The position numbers and the translations under genes were made by a program. This document shows, piece after piece, positions 45,185 to 55,099 of a stretch of DNA of 64,000 bases. Each line of letters starts with the position of its first letter. Within the stretch, counting starts at the first letter, position 1. The notes under the pieces were generated by a model, which saw nothing but the letters and a program-made list of their open reading frames with translations, was not told the DNA's origin and did no database searches. Source of the stretch: Eubacteriales bacterium (GTDB lineage Bacteria > Bacillota > Clostridia > Oscillospirales > CAG-272); NCBI GenBank assembly GCA_045587445.1, contig JAZNCH010000062.1:26715-90714 (forward strand), given 5' to 3'.

Positions 45185-45370
45185 ATGGCAAACGTAAAAG
45201 TAACGCTCGTAAAAAGCCTCATCGGCGCTAAGCCTAACCAGAAGACAACAGCTAAGTCTCTCGGACTTGGCAAAATCGGTGATTTTATCGTACACGCTGA
45301 AGGCGATGTATTGAACGGTAAGATCAAGGTTATTTCCCACCTTGTTAAGGTGGAAAAGATTGAAGGATAA
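45185..45370 (+). CDS. rpmD: 50S ribosomal protein L30
   Basis: VKVTLVKSLIGAKPNQKTTAKSLGL. Confidence 0.95.
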   Translation: MANVKVTLVKSLIGAKPNQKTTAKSLGLGKIGDFIVHAEGDVLNGKIKVISHLVKVEKIEG

Positions 45371-45382
45371 GGAGGAAATACA

Positions 45383-45826
45383 ATGAAACTCCATGAACTT
45401 TCTCCGGCAGAAGGCTCCGTAAAGAGCGCATACCGCAAAGGACGCGGTGCCGGTTCCGGTAACGGAAAAACAGCAGGTAAGGGTCATAAAGGTCAGAACG
45501 CTCGTTCAGGCGGCGGTGTACGTCCCGGATTTGAAGGTGGACAGATTCCCCTTTACAGACGCCTTCCTAAAAGAGGATTCAAGAACAGATTTGCAAAGGA
45601 ATATGCTATTGTTAACATAAGCAAGCTTGATGCAAAATTCAACGACGGCGACGTAGTTGATATGGCAGCTCTTGTAGCTTGCGGATTGGTTGGCAAGGAG
45701 CTTGACGGTCTTAAGATTCTGGGCAACGGTGAAATCACAAAGAAATTAACCGTAAAAGCTAAAATCTTCTCCGCTGCTGCAAAAGAAAAGATCGAGGCAG
45801 CGGGCGGAAAGACTGAGGTGGTATAA
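45383..45826 (+). CDS. rplO: 50S ribosomal protein L15
   Basis: [12 protein letters not shown]...[19 protein letters not shown]. Confidence 0.97.
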   Translation: MKLHELSPAEGSVKSAYRKGRGAGSGNGKTAGKGHKGQNARSGGGVRPGFEGGQIPLYRRLPKRGFKNRFAKEYAIVNISKLDAKFNDGDVVDMAALVACGLVGKELDGLKILGNGEITKKLTVKAKIFSAAAKEKIEAAGGKTEVV

Positions 45827-45827
45827 A

Positions 45828-47126
45828 ATGCTTCAGACATTGAGAAACGGTTGGAAAATCCCCGAACTTAAGGGTAAGATACTTTTCACACTCATGATAA
45901 TTATTCTTTATCGTGTTGGTGCGGTTATTCCGGTACCTTACATCAATTCGGAAATGCTTAGCTCTCTTATGCAGAGCTCCGGATCTTTCTTCCAGTATAT
46001 CAACGTTCTCTCCGGTGATGCCTTTGCACAGGCAACATTGTTTGCTCTCTCGGTTTCACCATATATCACATCACAGATTATTATGCAGCTTCTCGCAATT
46101 GCTATTCCCGCTTTGGAAAGACTTTCCAAAAATGGCGAAGAAGGTCAGAAGAAGCTTACACAGATAAGCCGTTACGTAACTATCGGCATAGCTCTTATTA
46201 CTTCATACGGTTACTACATGTTTATGAGAGTAAACGGTTTGATTTTGAACAAGTCAGTATTTGCAGCAATAGTTGTATTGGCATGTTACGTGGCAGGTTC
46301 TGCCTTGATTATGTGGCTTGCTGAACAGATTAATGATTACGGTATCGGCAACGGTGTATCTATTATACTCTTTGCCAATATCCTTTCGGGACTTCCCTCA
46401 TTCCTCATTAGTATGTTCACACAGATGTTCACAGGCGGTTGGAAAGGGCTTGTATATGCGTTGGTGGTTATAGTTATCGGTCTTGCTATGCTTACATTCA
46501 TTGTATTTATGAGTGAAAGCGAACGCCGTCTTCCCGTTCAGTACGCGAAGAAGGTTGTGGGCAGAAAGATGTACGGCGGACAGAGCACAAACCTTCCTAT
46601 TAAGGTTAATATGTCCGGTGTAATGCCGATAATTTTTGCGAACTCCATTCTCGGACTTCCCACTACCATTGCAGCACTCCTCAGCACACCCAAAGAAGGA
46701 ACCTTCTGGTACAACTTCCTTGAAGTGTTCTCTTATGAGTCTCCCGTATATGCGATTATATTTACAATACTTATAATTGCATTTGCGTATTTCTACATTG
46801 CAATCTCCTTTAATCCCGTAGAAGTTTCAAACAACCTTAAGAAGAACGGTGGATTTATTCCCGGTATTCGTCCCGGTAAGCCTACTTCGGACTATATTAC
46901 AAAAGTTCTTAATAAGATTATTCTTATTGGTGCAATTATGTTGAGTGTTATCGCAGTATTGCCTCTCATTATTAATATGATAGCAACTGCATCGCTCGGC
47001 ACAGGTATCGGAAGTCTTGCGTTCGGTGGATCTTCGATTATCATCGTTGTAGGTGTTGTAATTGAACTTATACGTGCGATTGAAGCTGAAATGACAATGC
47101 GTCATTACAAAGGCTTCTTAGATTAA
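45828..47126 (+). CDS. secY: Preprotein translocase subunit SecY
   Basis: A 10-TM profile with ILFTLMIIILYRVGAVIPVP and GIGNGVSIILF. Confidence 0.98.
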   Translation: MLQTLRNGWKIPELKGKILFTLMIIILYRVGAVIPVPYINSEMLSSLMQSSGSFFQYINVLSGDAFAQATLFALSVSPYITSQIIMQLLAIAIPALERLSKNGEEGQKKLTQISRYVTIGIALITSYGYYMFMRVNGLILNKSVFAAIVVLACYVAGSALIMWLAEQINDYGIGNGVSIILFANILSGLPSFLISMFTQMFTGGWKGLVYALVVIVIGLAMLTFIVFMSESERRLPVQYAKKVVGRKMYGGQSTNLPIKVNMSGVMPIIFANSILGLPTTIAALLSTPKEGTFWYNFLEVFSYESPVYAIIFTILIIAFAYFYIAISFNPVEVSNNLKKNGGFIPGIRPGKPTSDYITKVLNKIILIGAIMLSVIAVLPLIINMIATASLGTGIGSLAFGGSSIIIVVGVVIELIRAIEAEMTMRHYKGFLD

Positions 47127-47135
47127 GGAGACAAT

Positions 47136-47768
47136 ATGAAGATAATATTCCTTGGAGCACCCGGCGCAGGAAAGGGTACTCAGGCAGAAAAGATAGCTGA
47201 AATCTGCTCGATACCCACCATTTCTACCGGAGCAATCATTCGCGAAGCGATAAAGAACGGAACGGAAATGGGTATTGCTGCAAAGGCTTATACCGAAAAG
47301 GGTGCTCTTGTTCCCGACGAAGTGGTAATCGGCATTATTAAAGAACGTCTTACCGCAGACGACTGCAAAAACGGCTTTATTCTTGACGGTTTCCCTCGCA
47401 CAGTTCCTCAGGCGGAAGCACTTGATGAGCTTGGCGTAAAAATTGATTGCGTCGTTGACATTGATGTTGACGATGCCGACATTGTTGAACGTATGAGCGG
47501 ACGCCGTGTGTGTGAAGCGTGCGGTATGTCTTATCATATCAAGTATATTCCTACAAAGGATAACAAGACTTGCGACAAATGCGGCGCAAATCTTATAATC
47601 CGTAAGGATGACCAGCCCGAAACAGTACTTGAGAGACTTAAGATTTATCACAATCAGACAGAACCTCTTAAAGAGTATTACGGCAAGAAGGGAATCCTTA
47701 AGTCCGTTGACGGACGCGGAGATATTGCTGAAATAACAGAATTGATTTTGAAATCAATTCGAGTCTAA
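47136..47768 (+). CDS. adk: Adenylate kinase (zinc-lid type)
   Basis: P-loop GAPGAGKGTQA; the lid is CEACG..CDKCG. Confidence 0.98.
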   Translation: MKIIFLGAPGAGKGTQAEKIAEICSIPTISTGAIIREAIKNGTEMGIAAKAYTEKGALVPDEVVIGIIKERLTADDCKNGFILDGFPRTVPQAEALDELGVKIDCVVDIDVDDADIVERMSGRRVCEACGMSYHIKYIPTKDNKTCDKCGANLIIRKDDQPETVLERLKIYHNQTEPLKEYYGKKGILKSVDGRGDIAEITELILKSIRV

Positions 47769-47779
47769 AGGCAAAATAT

Positions 47780-48532
47780 ATGATACAACTTAAAAACGCA
47801 GCTCAAATTGCGATTATGAAAGAGGCAGGCAGAATCACAGGTGAGGCTTTGTGCCTTGCCGGTGAGGCTGTAAAAGAAGGAATATCTACCAAATATCTTG
47901 ATGATATAATCTACAATCATATTGTGAAATCGGGTGCAAAGCCCAGTTTTCTCGGATACGGCGGCTTCCCCGGAAGTGCTTGTATTTCCATTAATGATGA
48001 GGTTATACACGGTATACCGTCGAAGAGAAAAATACTTCAAGATGGTGATATTGTTAAGATAGACGTTGGTGCATTCTTCAACGGATTCCACGGAGACTCT
48101 GCCAATACTTTTGCTGTCGGAAACGTTTCCGATGAGGCAAAGAGACTTATTGAAGCAGCTAAGACTTCCTTTGAAAAGGGAATTAAGGTTGCAATGCCCG
48201 GGAATCGAATAGGCGATATCGGAAGTGCTATCGAAGAACAGGTAAAAAAATACGGGTTTAGCGTTGTCAGACAGTTTGTCGGACACGGAATAGGTAAAGA
48301 ATTGCACGAAGATCCAAGCGTTCCCAACTACGGAAGCGCAGGACACGGTGTTAGACTTGCAAAGGGAATGGCACTGGCAATTGAACCTATGGTAAACGCA
48401 GGAACTCACGAAGTTTACGTGTTACCTGATGGTTGGACGGTAAAAACCAAAGACGGCAAGTTGTCCGCGCATTATGAACATACGAACATTTTGACGGATG
48501 ATGGCGTAATATCTACCACTAAAGTAAACTGA
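47780..48532 (+). CDS. map: Type I methionine aminopeptidase
   Basis: Metal ligands lie in DIVKIDVGAFFNGFHGDSANTF, HGIG and LAIEPM. Confidence 0.97.
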   Translation: MIQLKNAAQIAIMKEAGRITGEALCLAGEAVKEGISTKYLDDIIYNHIVKSGAKPSFLGYGGFPGSACISINDEVIHGIPSKRKILQDGDIVKIDVGAFFNGFHGDSANTFAVGNVSDEAKRLIEAAKTSFEKGIKVAMPGNRIGDIGSAIEEQVKKYGFSVVRQFVGHGIGKELHEDPSVPNYGSAGHGVRLAKGMALAIEPMVNAGTHEVYVLPDGWTVKTKDGKLSAHYEHTNILTDDGVISTTKVN

Positions 48533-48573
48533 AAGTTTTAGTTTATTTTCGGTAGTGTCGCAATTTCTCTTAA

Positions 48574-48720
48574 CTAAAACGCTATAAAGACAAAGAAAGC
48601 TTCAGAGACGGTGTGCTTGATGAAGAATACGTCTTTTTAGCTTAAATTAAGAGAGTAAAAAAATGAGAAGCCAAAAAAGATAAAGCATATAAGGCTTGTT
48701 GGGATGGCTTGACGGTGATT
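48574..48720 (+). pseudogene. Probable decayed remnant of the KOW-domain (YbzG/L14E-like) gene usually found between map and infA
   Basis: One frame reads LKRYKDKESFRDGVLDEEYVFLA*IKRVKK*EAKKDKAYK. VLDEEYVFLA, KRV.K and AKK resemble the V.DE.(F/Y)V.(L/I)ADG..RKV.(K/R)PK(R/K)K core of that family, but two stops interrupt the frame and there is no start. Confidence 0.35.
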
Positions 48721-48816
48721 TAGCACCACTGTTAAAAAAAGCATTTCGACAAAGACCGCGGCAAAAAGCTTTATCGTATCATAATAGTCCTGAAAATCTA
48801 AGAAGGAGTGATTGTT

Positions 48817-49035
48817 TTGCCAAAGGACGACGTTATTGAATTTGAAGGTACCGTGCTTGAGGCTTTGCCCAATGCAACCTTCAAGGTACAGCTGCCCAAT
48901 GGGCACACAGTTAACGCTCACATTTCAGGTAAGCTTAGAATGAACTATATCTGGATTGTACCGGGCGATAAAGTTACAGTAGAAGTTTCAGTATACGACC
49001 TTACAAAAGGGCGTATAACATGGCGCACTAAATAA
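48817..49035 (+). CDS. infA: Translation initiation factor IF-1
   Basis: [63 protein letters not shown] chose the TTG start 8 nt after GGAG; the ORF-track GTG at 48808 overlaps the RBS. Confidence 0.93.
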   Translation: MPKDDVIEFEGTVLEALPNATFKVQLPNGHTVNAHISGKLRMNYIWIVPGDKVTVEVSVYDLTKGRITWRTK

Positions 49036-49068
49036 TAATACGCGTAAAGAAAGGACCGGTGTAAAGAA

Positions 49069-49182
49069 ATGAAGGTCAAACCCAGCGTAAAGAAAATTTG
49101 TGAAAAATGCAAAATCATTAAGAGAAAAGGCAAAGTAATGGTTATTTGCGAAAACCCTAAGCATAAACAGAAACAAGGCTAA
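49069..49182 (+). CDS. rpmJ: 50S ribosomal protein L36 (37 aa; below the ORF-track length cutoff)
   Basis: Read directly from the sequence: [37 protein letters not shown], with TAA at 49180-82. Confidence 0.95.
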   Translation: MKVKPSVKKICEKCKIIKRKGKVMVICENPKHKQKQG

Positions 49183-49198
49183 AGAGGTGAATTAATAA

Positions 49199-49567
49199 AT
49201 GGCACGTATAGCAGGTGTTGATATTCCAAATGCAAAGCGCATTGAAATCGCTCTTACCTATATATATGGTATTGGCCGTAAAAGTGCAAACGACATCCTC
49301 GCAAGTACAGGTATAGACCCTGACAAGAGAGCTAAGGATCTCACAGAGGACGAAGTTGCAAAGCTCAGAGATGAGATTGAAAACAATTATAAAGTAGAAG
49401 GTGACCTCCACCGTGAAGTTGCTCTTGACATCAAGAGATTGGTTGAAATCAACTGCTTCCGCGGCATCAGACACAGAAAAGGTCTCCCTGTCAGAGGTCA
49501 GCGTACTAAAACAAACGCAAGAACAAGAAAAGGCCCTGCAAAAACTATCGCAAATAAGAAGAAGTAA
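49199..49567 (+). CDS. rpsM: 30S ribosomal protein S13
   Basis: [24 protein letters not shown]. Confidence 0.98.
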   Translation: MARIAGVDIPNAKRIEIALTYIYGIGRKSANDILASTGIDPDKRAKDLTEDEVAKLRDEIENNYKVEGDLHREVALDIKRLVEINCFRGIRHRKGLPVRGQRTKTNARTRKGPAKTIANKKK

Positions 49568-49585
49568 AGGAGGGTAATACTTCAA

Positions 49586-49984
49586 ATGGCAAAAGCAGCA
49601 AATAAAAAGGTTGTAAGAAAGCGCCGTGAGCGCAAGAATATTGAAAAAGGTGCGGCACATATTCGCGCTACTTTCAATAACACAATCGTAACAATATCCG
49701 ATGTTAACGGCAACGCAGTATCCTGGGCTTCAGCAGGCGAACTCGGTTTCAAAGGCTCTAAGAAGTCTACACCCTTCGCAGCACAGATGGCAGCAGAAAC
49801 TGCAGCAAAAGCAGCTATGGAACACGGTATGAAGACCGTAGAAGTTTACGTAAAAGGCCCCGGTAGCGGCAGAGAATCCGCAATACGTGCTCTTCAGGCA
49901 GTAGGTCTTGATATTACACTTATCAAGGACGTAACACCCATTCCTCACAATGGATGCAGACCGCCTAAGAGAAGACGTGTTTAA
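49586..49984 (+). CDS. rpsK: 30S ribosomal protein S11
   Basis: [30 protein letters not shown]. Confidence 0.98.
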   Translation: MAKAANKKVVRKRRERKNIEKGAAHIRATFNNTIVTISDVNGNAVSWASAGELGFKGSKKSTPFAAQMAAETAAKAAMEHGMKTVEVYVKGPGSGRESAIRALQAVGLDITLIKDVTPIPHNGCRPPKRRRV

Positions 49985-50010
49985 TACGTAAATAGGAGGA
50001 AAAATAAGTT

Positions 50011-50637
50011 ATGGCAAGATATACAGGACCTGCGTGCAGACTTTGCCGCAGAGAAGGTACAAAGCTCTTTTTGAAGGGCGAACGTTGTATGTCAGACAAG
50101 TGCTCGGTAGCTCGCAGACCCGCAGCTCCCGGACAGCATGGCGCAAACAGCAAGAAGCTTAAGGAATACGGTTTGCAGCTTCGTGAAAAGCAGAAGGCAA
50201 GAAGATACTACGGCGTGCTTGAAAACCAGTTCAAGCACTATTATGAGCTCGCTGCAAAGCAGGAGGGCGTAACCGGTGAAAATCTTCTTTCATTGCTTGA
50301 ACGCCGTTTTGACAATGTAGTATACAGAATGGGCTTGGCAGAAAGCCGTAAGGAAGCTCGTCAGCTTGTTACACATGGTCATTTCTCAATTAACGGTAAG
50401 AAGGCTAACGTTCCTTCTATCATTGTTAAGCAGGGTGATGTTATCGCTCTCAGAGAAGGCGCACGTGCATCTGAAAAGTTTAAGGGCTTGATGGAAGTTA
50501 TGGAAAGCAACAACGCTCCCAAGTGGCTCGAAGTTGATAACAGTGCTGTATCAGCAAAAGTTATCGCTCTGCCTAAGAGAGATGATATTGACTTCCCGTT
50601 CGAAGAACAGCTCATCGTAGAGTTGTACTCAAAGTAA
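50011..50637 (+). CDS. rpsD: 30S ribosomal protein S4
   Basis: [25 protein letters not shown]. Confidence 0.98.
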   Translation: MARYTGPACRLCRREGTKLFLKGERCMSDKCSVARRPAAPGQHGANSKKLKEYGLQLREKQKARRYYGVLENQFKHYYELAAKQEGVTGENLLSLLERRFDNVVYRMGLAESRKEARQLVTHGHFSINGKKANVPSIIVKQGDVIALREGARASEKFKGLMEVMESNNAPKWLEVDNSAVSAKVIALPKRDDIDFPFEEQLIVELYSK

Positions 50638-50705
50638 AACAGCACCTCCGTCCACAAAGCCGGAGAAGAAAACCGGCGAAAACCTAAAATTACAGGAGGA
50701 AAATT

Positions 50706-51656
50706 ATGATCGAAATAGAAAAGCCCAATATATCCACGATAAACTTAAGCGAAGACGGCTCAAAAGGAAAATTTATTATTGAGCCCCTCGAAAGAGGTTA
50801 CGGAACAACACTCGGCAATTCACTTCGCAGAGTCTTGCTCAGCTCCCTTCCCGGCGTAGCTGTAACAAGCGTAAAAATTGACGGTGTTCTCCACGAGATT
50901 TCGACTATTCCCGGTGTTACAGAGGATGTTACAAACATTATTCTTAACGTTAAGGGAATTACGGCTAAGCTTAACAGCCAGGGACCCAAGACCGTTGTTA
51001 TTGACGTAACAGGTCCTATGGACGTAACAGCAGGCGATATTAAGCAGGACGCTGACATCGAAGTTCTCAATCCTGACCATCATATTGCAACAGTCAGCGA
51101 AAACACTCGTTTGTATATGGAACTTACATTTGATCACGGTCGTGGTTACGTTTCTCAGGAAAAGAACAAGCAGAACAACCAGTCCGTTATCGGTGTTATC
51201 TATACCGATTCCATTTACACACCAGTATACAATGTTAGCTACACAGTTGAAAACACTCGTGTAGGTAATATTACTGACTACGATAAGCTTACCCTCGAGG
51301 TATTGACTAATGGTACTATCAGTGCCAAAGAGGCAATTTCCCTCGGTGCCAAGATACTCAACGAGCATCTCAATCTGTTTGTAGACTTGTCTGACGAGCC
51401 TATCAAGGCAGATATATTAGTTGAGCGCGAAGAAACTAAACTGGAAAAAGTTCTTGAGATGACCATTGAGGAGCTTGAACTGTCCGTAAGAAGCTTCAAC
51501 TGCTTGAAGCGTGCGGGAATTGATACCGTTCAGGATCTTACAAACCGCACGGAAGAGGACATGATCAAGGTCAGAAACCTCGGTAAGAAATCGCTTGACG
51601 AAGTTATTCAAAAATTGCACTCACTTAATCTCGGCCTTAAGAAAGAGGAAGACTGA
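50706..51656 (+). CDS. rpoA: DNA-directed RNA polymerase subunit alpha
   Basis: [18 protein letters not shown]; the C-terminal domain has [17 protein letters not shown]. Confidence 0.98.
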   Translation: MIEIEKPNISTINLSEDGSKGKFIIEPLERGYGTTLGNSLRRVLLSSLPGVAVTSVKIDGVLHEISTIPGVTEDVTNIILNVKGITAKLNSQGPKTVVIDVTGPMDVTAGDIKQDADIEVLNPDHHIATVSENTRLYMELTFDHGRGYVSQEKNKQNNQSVIGVIYTDSIYTPVYNVSYTVENTRVGNITDYDKLTLEVLTNGTISAKEAISLGAKILNEHLNLFVDLSDEPIKADILVEREETKLEKVLEMTIEELELSVRSFNCLKRAGIDTVQDLTNRTEEDMIKVRNLGKKSLDEVIQKLHSLNLGLKKEED

Positions 51657-51710
51657 GGAAAGTGCGACATACGCTCATTTAATTGATATGTAAGAAGGAG
51701 GTCCCTTACA

Positions 51711-52184
51711 ATGCCAGGAACCAGAAAACTCGGCAGACCTACTGCTCACAGACAAGCGATGTTAAGAGGTATGGTAACCTATCTCCTTGAGAACGGTTCT
51801 ATCGAAACAACTCTTACCAGAGCTAAAGAAGTACGTAGCTTGACCGAAAAAATGATTACTCTCGGCAAGAAGAATACTCTTGCTGCTAAAAGAGCTGCTA
51901 TGGCTTTCGTGACAAAGGAAGACGTAGTAAAGAAGCTTTTTGATACAATTGCACCTGAATACGCTGACAGAAACGGCGGTTACACCCGTATGTACAAACT
52001 CGGTCCCCGTCGTGGTGATGGTGCAGAAATGGCTCTTATTAAGCTTGTAGTTGACGAAAAGGTTGCAGAAGAAGCTAAGAAAGAGACAAAGAAGGCTGCA
52101 AAGAAAGCAGAAGCTAATGCCGAAGAAGCAAAGGTTGAAGAGGTTAAAGCAGAAGAAGCTACCGAAGAAACCAAAGCAGAATAA
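51711..52184 (+). CDS. rplQ: 50S ribosomal protein L17 (with a ~45-aa Lys/Glu/Ala-rich C-terminal extension)
   Basis: [19 protein letters not shown]...G.IETT. The tail is [44 protein letters not shown]. Confidence 0.97.
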   Translation: MPGTRKLGRPTAHRQAMLRGMVTYLLENGSIETTLTRAKEVRSLTEKMITLGKKNTLAAKRAAMAFVTKEDVVKKLFDTIAPEYADRNGGYTRMYKLGPRRGDGAEMALIKLVVDEKVAEEAKKETKKAAKKAEANAEEAKVEEVKAEEATEETKAE

Positions 52185-52198
52185 TTTTAGTTTTAGGG

Positions 52199-52240
52199 GG
52201 GGACTCATGCTTTGGTATGAGTCCCCTATTTGTTTTTTAT
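52199..52240 (+). terminator. Rho-independent terminator ending the ribosomal supercluster
   Basis: GGGGACTCAT (52199-208) / ATGAGTCCCC (52217-226), then TATTTGTTTTTT. Confidence 0.85.
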
Positions 52241-52278
52241 ATTGTGTAAAATAAGCACGAAAAGGAGTACTTTTGATT

Positions 52279-54147
52279 ATGTCAGATAATATAAAAAATA
52301 AGGGCGGTATATCCGTCGAAACGGAACATATATTTCCAATAATAAAAAAATGGTTATACTCTGAAAAAGAGATTTTTTTGCGAGAAATTGTAAGTAATGC
52401 ATCTGATGCAGTTACAAAACTAAAAAGACTTATATCACTCGGAAAAATAAAGGATATTGATGAGGATTTTAAGATATACGTCAGACTTAATAAAGAAGAA
52501 AAAACCTTGACCGTAAGCGACAACGGTATCGGTATGTCGCTTGAGGAGGTCAATAAATATATATGCCAGATTGCTCTTTCCGGAGCACTTGATTTTATAA
52601 AAGAATATGAGAACGAGGACAGTGCGCAAAACGGAATAATCGGTCATTTTGGACTTGGATTTTACTCGGCGTTTATGGTAAGCGATACCGTTGACGTTAT
52701 TACAAAGAGTTATACCGGTGCTCCCTCTGTAAAGTGGGTATGCAACGAGGCGGGCGAATACGAGATTTTTGAAGATATTGAAAAGGACGGCAGAGGGACC
52801 GACGTTGTAATGCATATAAGCGACAGCGAGGCAGAGTTCTTGGCTGAGGACAAGATTCGTTCTATCTTGAATAAATACTGCTCGTTTATGCCGGTTGAAA
52901 TATACTTTGGAGTTGAGGGCGAAGAGAAAAAATGTGAACACAATCACGAGGGTGAAGAATGTGATTGCGATTGCAACAAGCCTATAAATGACGTTGAGCC
53001 TCTTTGGAAAAAGCTTCCCTCCGAATGTACCGAGGAAGAATACAAGGAGTTTTACAACAAGGTATTTACTGACTTTAAAGAACCTTTGTTCCACATTCAC
53101 ATTAATGCAGATTACCCGTTGAATTTTAAAGGTATTCTTTACTTTCCGAAAATTAACCATGAATATGACAGTCTTGAAGGTCAGGTAAAGCTTTACTATA
53201 ATCAGGTTTTCGTGGCTGACAATATAAAAGAAGTTATACCGGAATTTATGCTTATGCTCAAAGGCGCACTCGATTGTCCCGAGCTTCCCTTGAACGTTTC
53301 AAGAAGCTATTTGCAGAACAGCGCGTACGTAGCGAAGATGTCGGCGCATATCGTTAAAAAAGTTGCCGATAAGCTTAATTCTATGTTTAACACCGAGCGC
53401 GAAAAGTATGAAAAGCTTTGGAATGATATTAAGCTCTTTGTTGAATACGGCTGTATAAGAGACCGCAAGTTCTACGAGCGTGTTAAGGGAAGTCTTATGA
53501 TTGCTCTTACAGATGGCAGATACGTTACAGTTGACGAATATCTTGTAAAAGCTAAAGGAACAAATGAAAATACAGTTTACTATGCGACCGATAAGACGGT
53601 ACAGGCACAGTATATTTCGCTTTTTGCCGCAAGAGGTATTGAAATAGCGCTTCTTGACAAGGTTATTGATACCTCGTTTATGGGATTGCTTGAAACTGAA
53701 AAGAAAATAAAATTTGTTCGTGTTGACGCTGATATTGAGGCGTTAAAGGGCGACGGAGAGTCATTTGAGAATGATAACTTGGCTAATCTTTTCAAGGCTG
53801 TAAGCAAGAATGACAAGCTGACAGTAAAATTTGAGGCTCTTGCCGATACAAAGACCCCTGCACTTTTGAATATATCCGAAGAGGCACGCAGAATGGACGA
53901 TATGATGAAGTTCTATGCGGCGAACGGTGCTATGGAATATATGAATATCCCCGTTGACTCAACTTTGGTACTCAATACGCAGAGTCCTCTTATAAAGAAA
54001 ATGTCGGACGATGCTGACAGCGAAAAAACAAAGATAGTTGCTCATCAGGTATATATGTTGGCTCTTCTTACGCAGAGACAGCTTAACGCCGACGAGCTTC
54101 AAGAGTTCCTCTGCGATAGCTTTAAGCTGCTTGAAGATAACATCTAA
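52279..54147 (+). CDS. htpG: Molecular chaperone HtpG (Hsp90)
   Basis: The ATPase N-domain has IFLREIVSNASDA and GHFGLGFYSAFMV. I prefer ATG 52279, with TTG 52273 as an alternative. Confidence 0.95.
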   Translation: MSDNIKNKGGISVETEHIFPIIKKWLYSEKEIFLREIVSNASDAVTKLKRLISLGKIKDIDEDFKIYVRLNKEEKTLTVSDNGIGMSLEEVNKYICQIALSGALDFIKEYENEDSAQNGIIGHFGLGFYSAFMVSDTVDVITKSYTGAPSVKWVCNEAGEYEIFEDIEKDGRGTDVVMHISDSEAEFLAEDKIRSILNKYCSFMPVEIYFGVEGEEKKCEHNHEGEECDCDCNKPINDVEPLWKKLPSECTEEEYKEFYNKVFTDFKEPLFHIHINADYPLNFKGILYFPKINHEYDSLEGQVKLYYNQVFVADNIKEVIPEFMLMLKGALDCPELPLNVSRSYLQNSAYVAKMSAHIVKKVADKLNSMFNTEREKYEKLWNDIKLFVEYGCIRDRKFYERVKGSLMIALTDGRYVTVDEYLVKAKGTNENTVYYATDKTVQAQYISLFAARGIEIALLDKVIDTSFMGLLETEKKIKFVRVDADIEALKGDGESFENDNLANLFKAVSKNDKLTVKFEALADTKTPALLNISEEARRMDDMMKFYAANGAMEYMNIPVDSTLVLNTQSPLIKKMSDDADSEKTKIVAHQVYMLALLTQRQLNADELQEFLCDSFKLLEDNI

Positions 54148-54170
54148 AATAATTACAAAGGAAATACGTT

Positions 54171-55097
54171 ATGTCATCTTTTGAAGAGAAAAATCAAATA
54201 ATTGACGAAAATTTGAAAGATAACGACGGTTTGATAAGCACAACACTTGAAAAAAGGGTAGCACACATAGCAGATAAAGTTGAAATGGTTATCGGGCTTT
54301 CGAAAGAAGAGTTGAGAAATCTGTATAAAACAGAATTTGCGTTCAAAGACAGTCGCATACCTTGTCTAACCGAAAATAAGAAGTATTTGTCGGCGGTACA
54401 CGAGTGCTTAAACCGATTTGATAAGCTGAAATGTATTGACGAACTTTACCACCAGAGAGAGAAAGACGTTGAGGAAGCCGAGAATGATACAGTTTTTAAC
54501 TCTGATACGGTATCATATCTGAAAAATTCACTTGCGGATATAGCCTTCAACAACTTTTCAAAGCTATTGAAAGACCCGAGGGTCGCATACGGAGAGACAT
54601 TTTCCGATGTGTGCGAGGACGTGTATTACAGCAGAACCCCATATTGTATACTGCCTATTGAAAACTCTGACGACGGCAGAATGACAAGCTTTTGTAATAT
54701 GATTCGCAAGTACGGACTTAAGATTGTTCTTACTTGCAACGTCGAAAGTGCAAACGGTAAGACTACCGGATTTGCACTTTTGAAGCGTGATATTGAAAAA
54801 ATTGAGTGTAAAAGCAGTATATCCGATGGCGAATATGTTGAAATAGGTTGTAACTTTGGTGAAATAATACGCTTACAAGAAGTTTTGCAGGCTGCATCTT
54901 ATTTCGGTTTTAATTTGCATAATGTTGACTCGTTTCCCATATACTATTCGGAAAAGGAATATTACTTCGACATTATATTTAAAGGAAGCGGGGACTTAAA
55001 GAAGTTATTATTCTGGCTCGAGCTCGAAATTCCAAGGTTTGAAATAATTGGAATTTACACACAAATCAAGACAATAAGAAGTAAACGTGGAGGATAA
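54171..55097 (+). CDS. Divergent prephenate-dehydratase-like / ACT-like protein of unknown function
   Basis: VAYGETFSDVCEDVYYSRTPYCILPIENSDDGRMTSFCNMIRKYGLKIV resembles the PDT core (..sf..vf.aV..g..d.gvvPiENS..G.V). The C-terminus (FGFNLHNVDSFP...EYYFDIIFKG) resembles the ACT domain. It has a ~100-aa N-terminal extension and a shortened middle. Confidence 0.4.
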   Translation: MSSFEEKNQIIDENLKDNDGLISTTLEKRVAHIADKVEMVIGLSKEELRNLYKTEFAFKDSRIPCLTENKKYLSAVHECLNRFDKLKCIDELYHQREKDVEEAENDTVFNSDTVSYLKNSLADIAFNNFSKLLKDPRVAYGETFSDVCEDVYYSRTPYCILPIENSDDGRMTSFCNMIRKYGLKIVLTCNVESANGKTTGFALLKRDIEKIECKSSISDGEYVEIGCNFGEIIRLQEVLQAASYFGFNLHNVDSFPIYYSEKEYYFDIIFKGSGDLKKLLFWLELEIPRFEIIGIYTQIKTIRSKRGG

Positions 55098-55099
55098 AT

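Noticed and set aside
36476-52184. Rearrangement or insertion within the S10-spc-alpha supercluster
   Set aside because: The gene order is fully canonical (S10, L3, L4, L23, L2, S19, L22, S3, L16, L29, S17, L14, L24, L5, S14, S8, L6, L18, S5, L30, L15, SecY, Adk, Map, IF1, L36, S13, S11, S4, RpoA, L17). Only the two enlarged spacers reported in the findings stand out.
51762-52553. 263-aa ORF antisense to rplQ and the start of htpG
   Set aside because: It spans an intergenic terminator and two well-supported genes on the other strand. Its composition is Ser/Phe/Leu-rich and it has no RBS.
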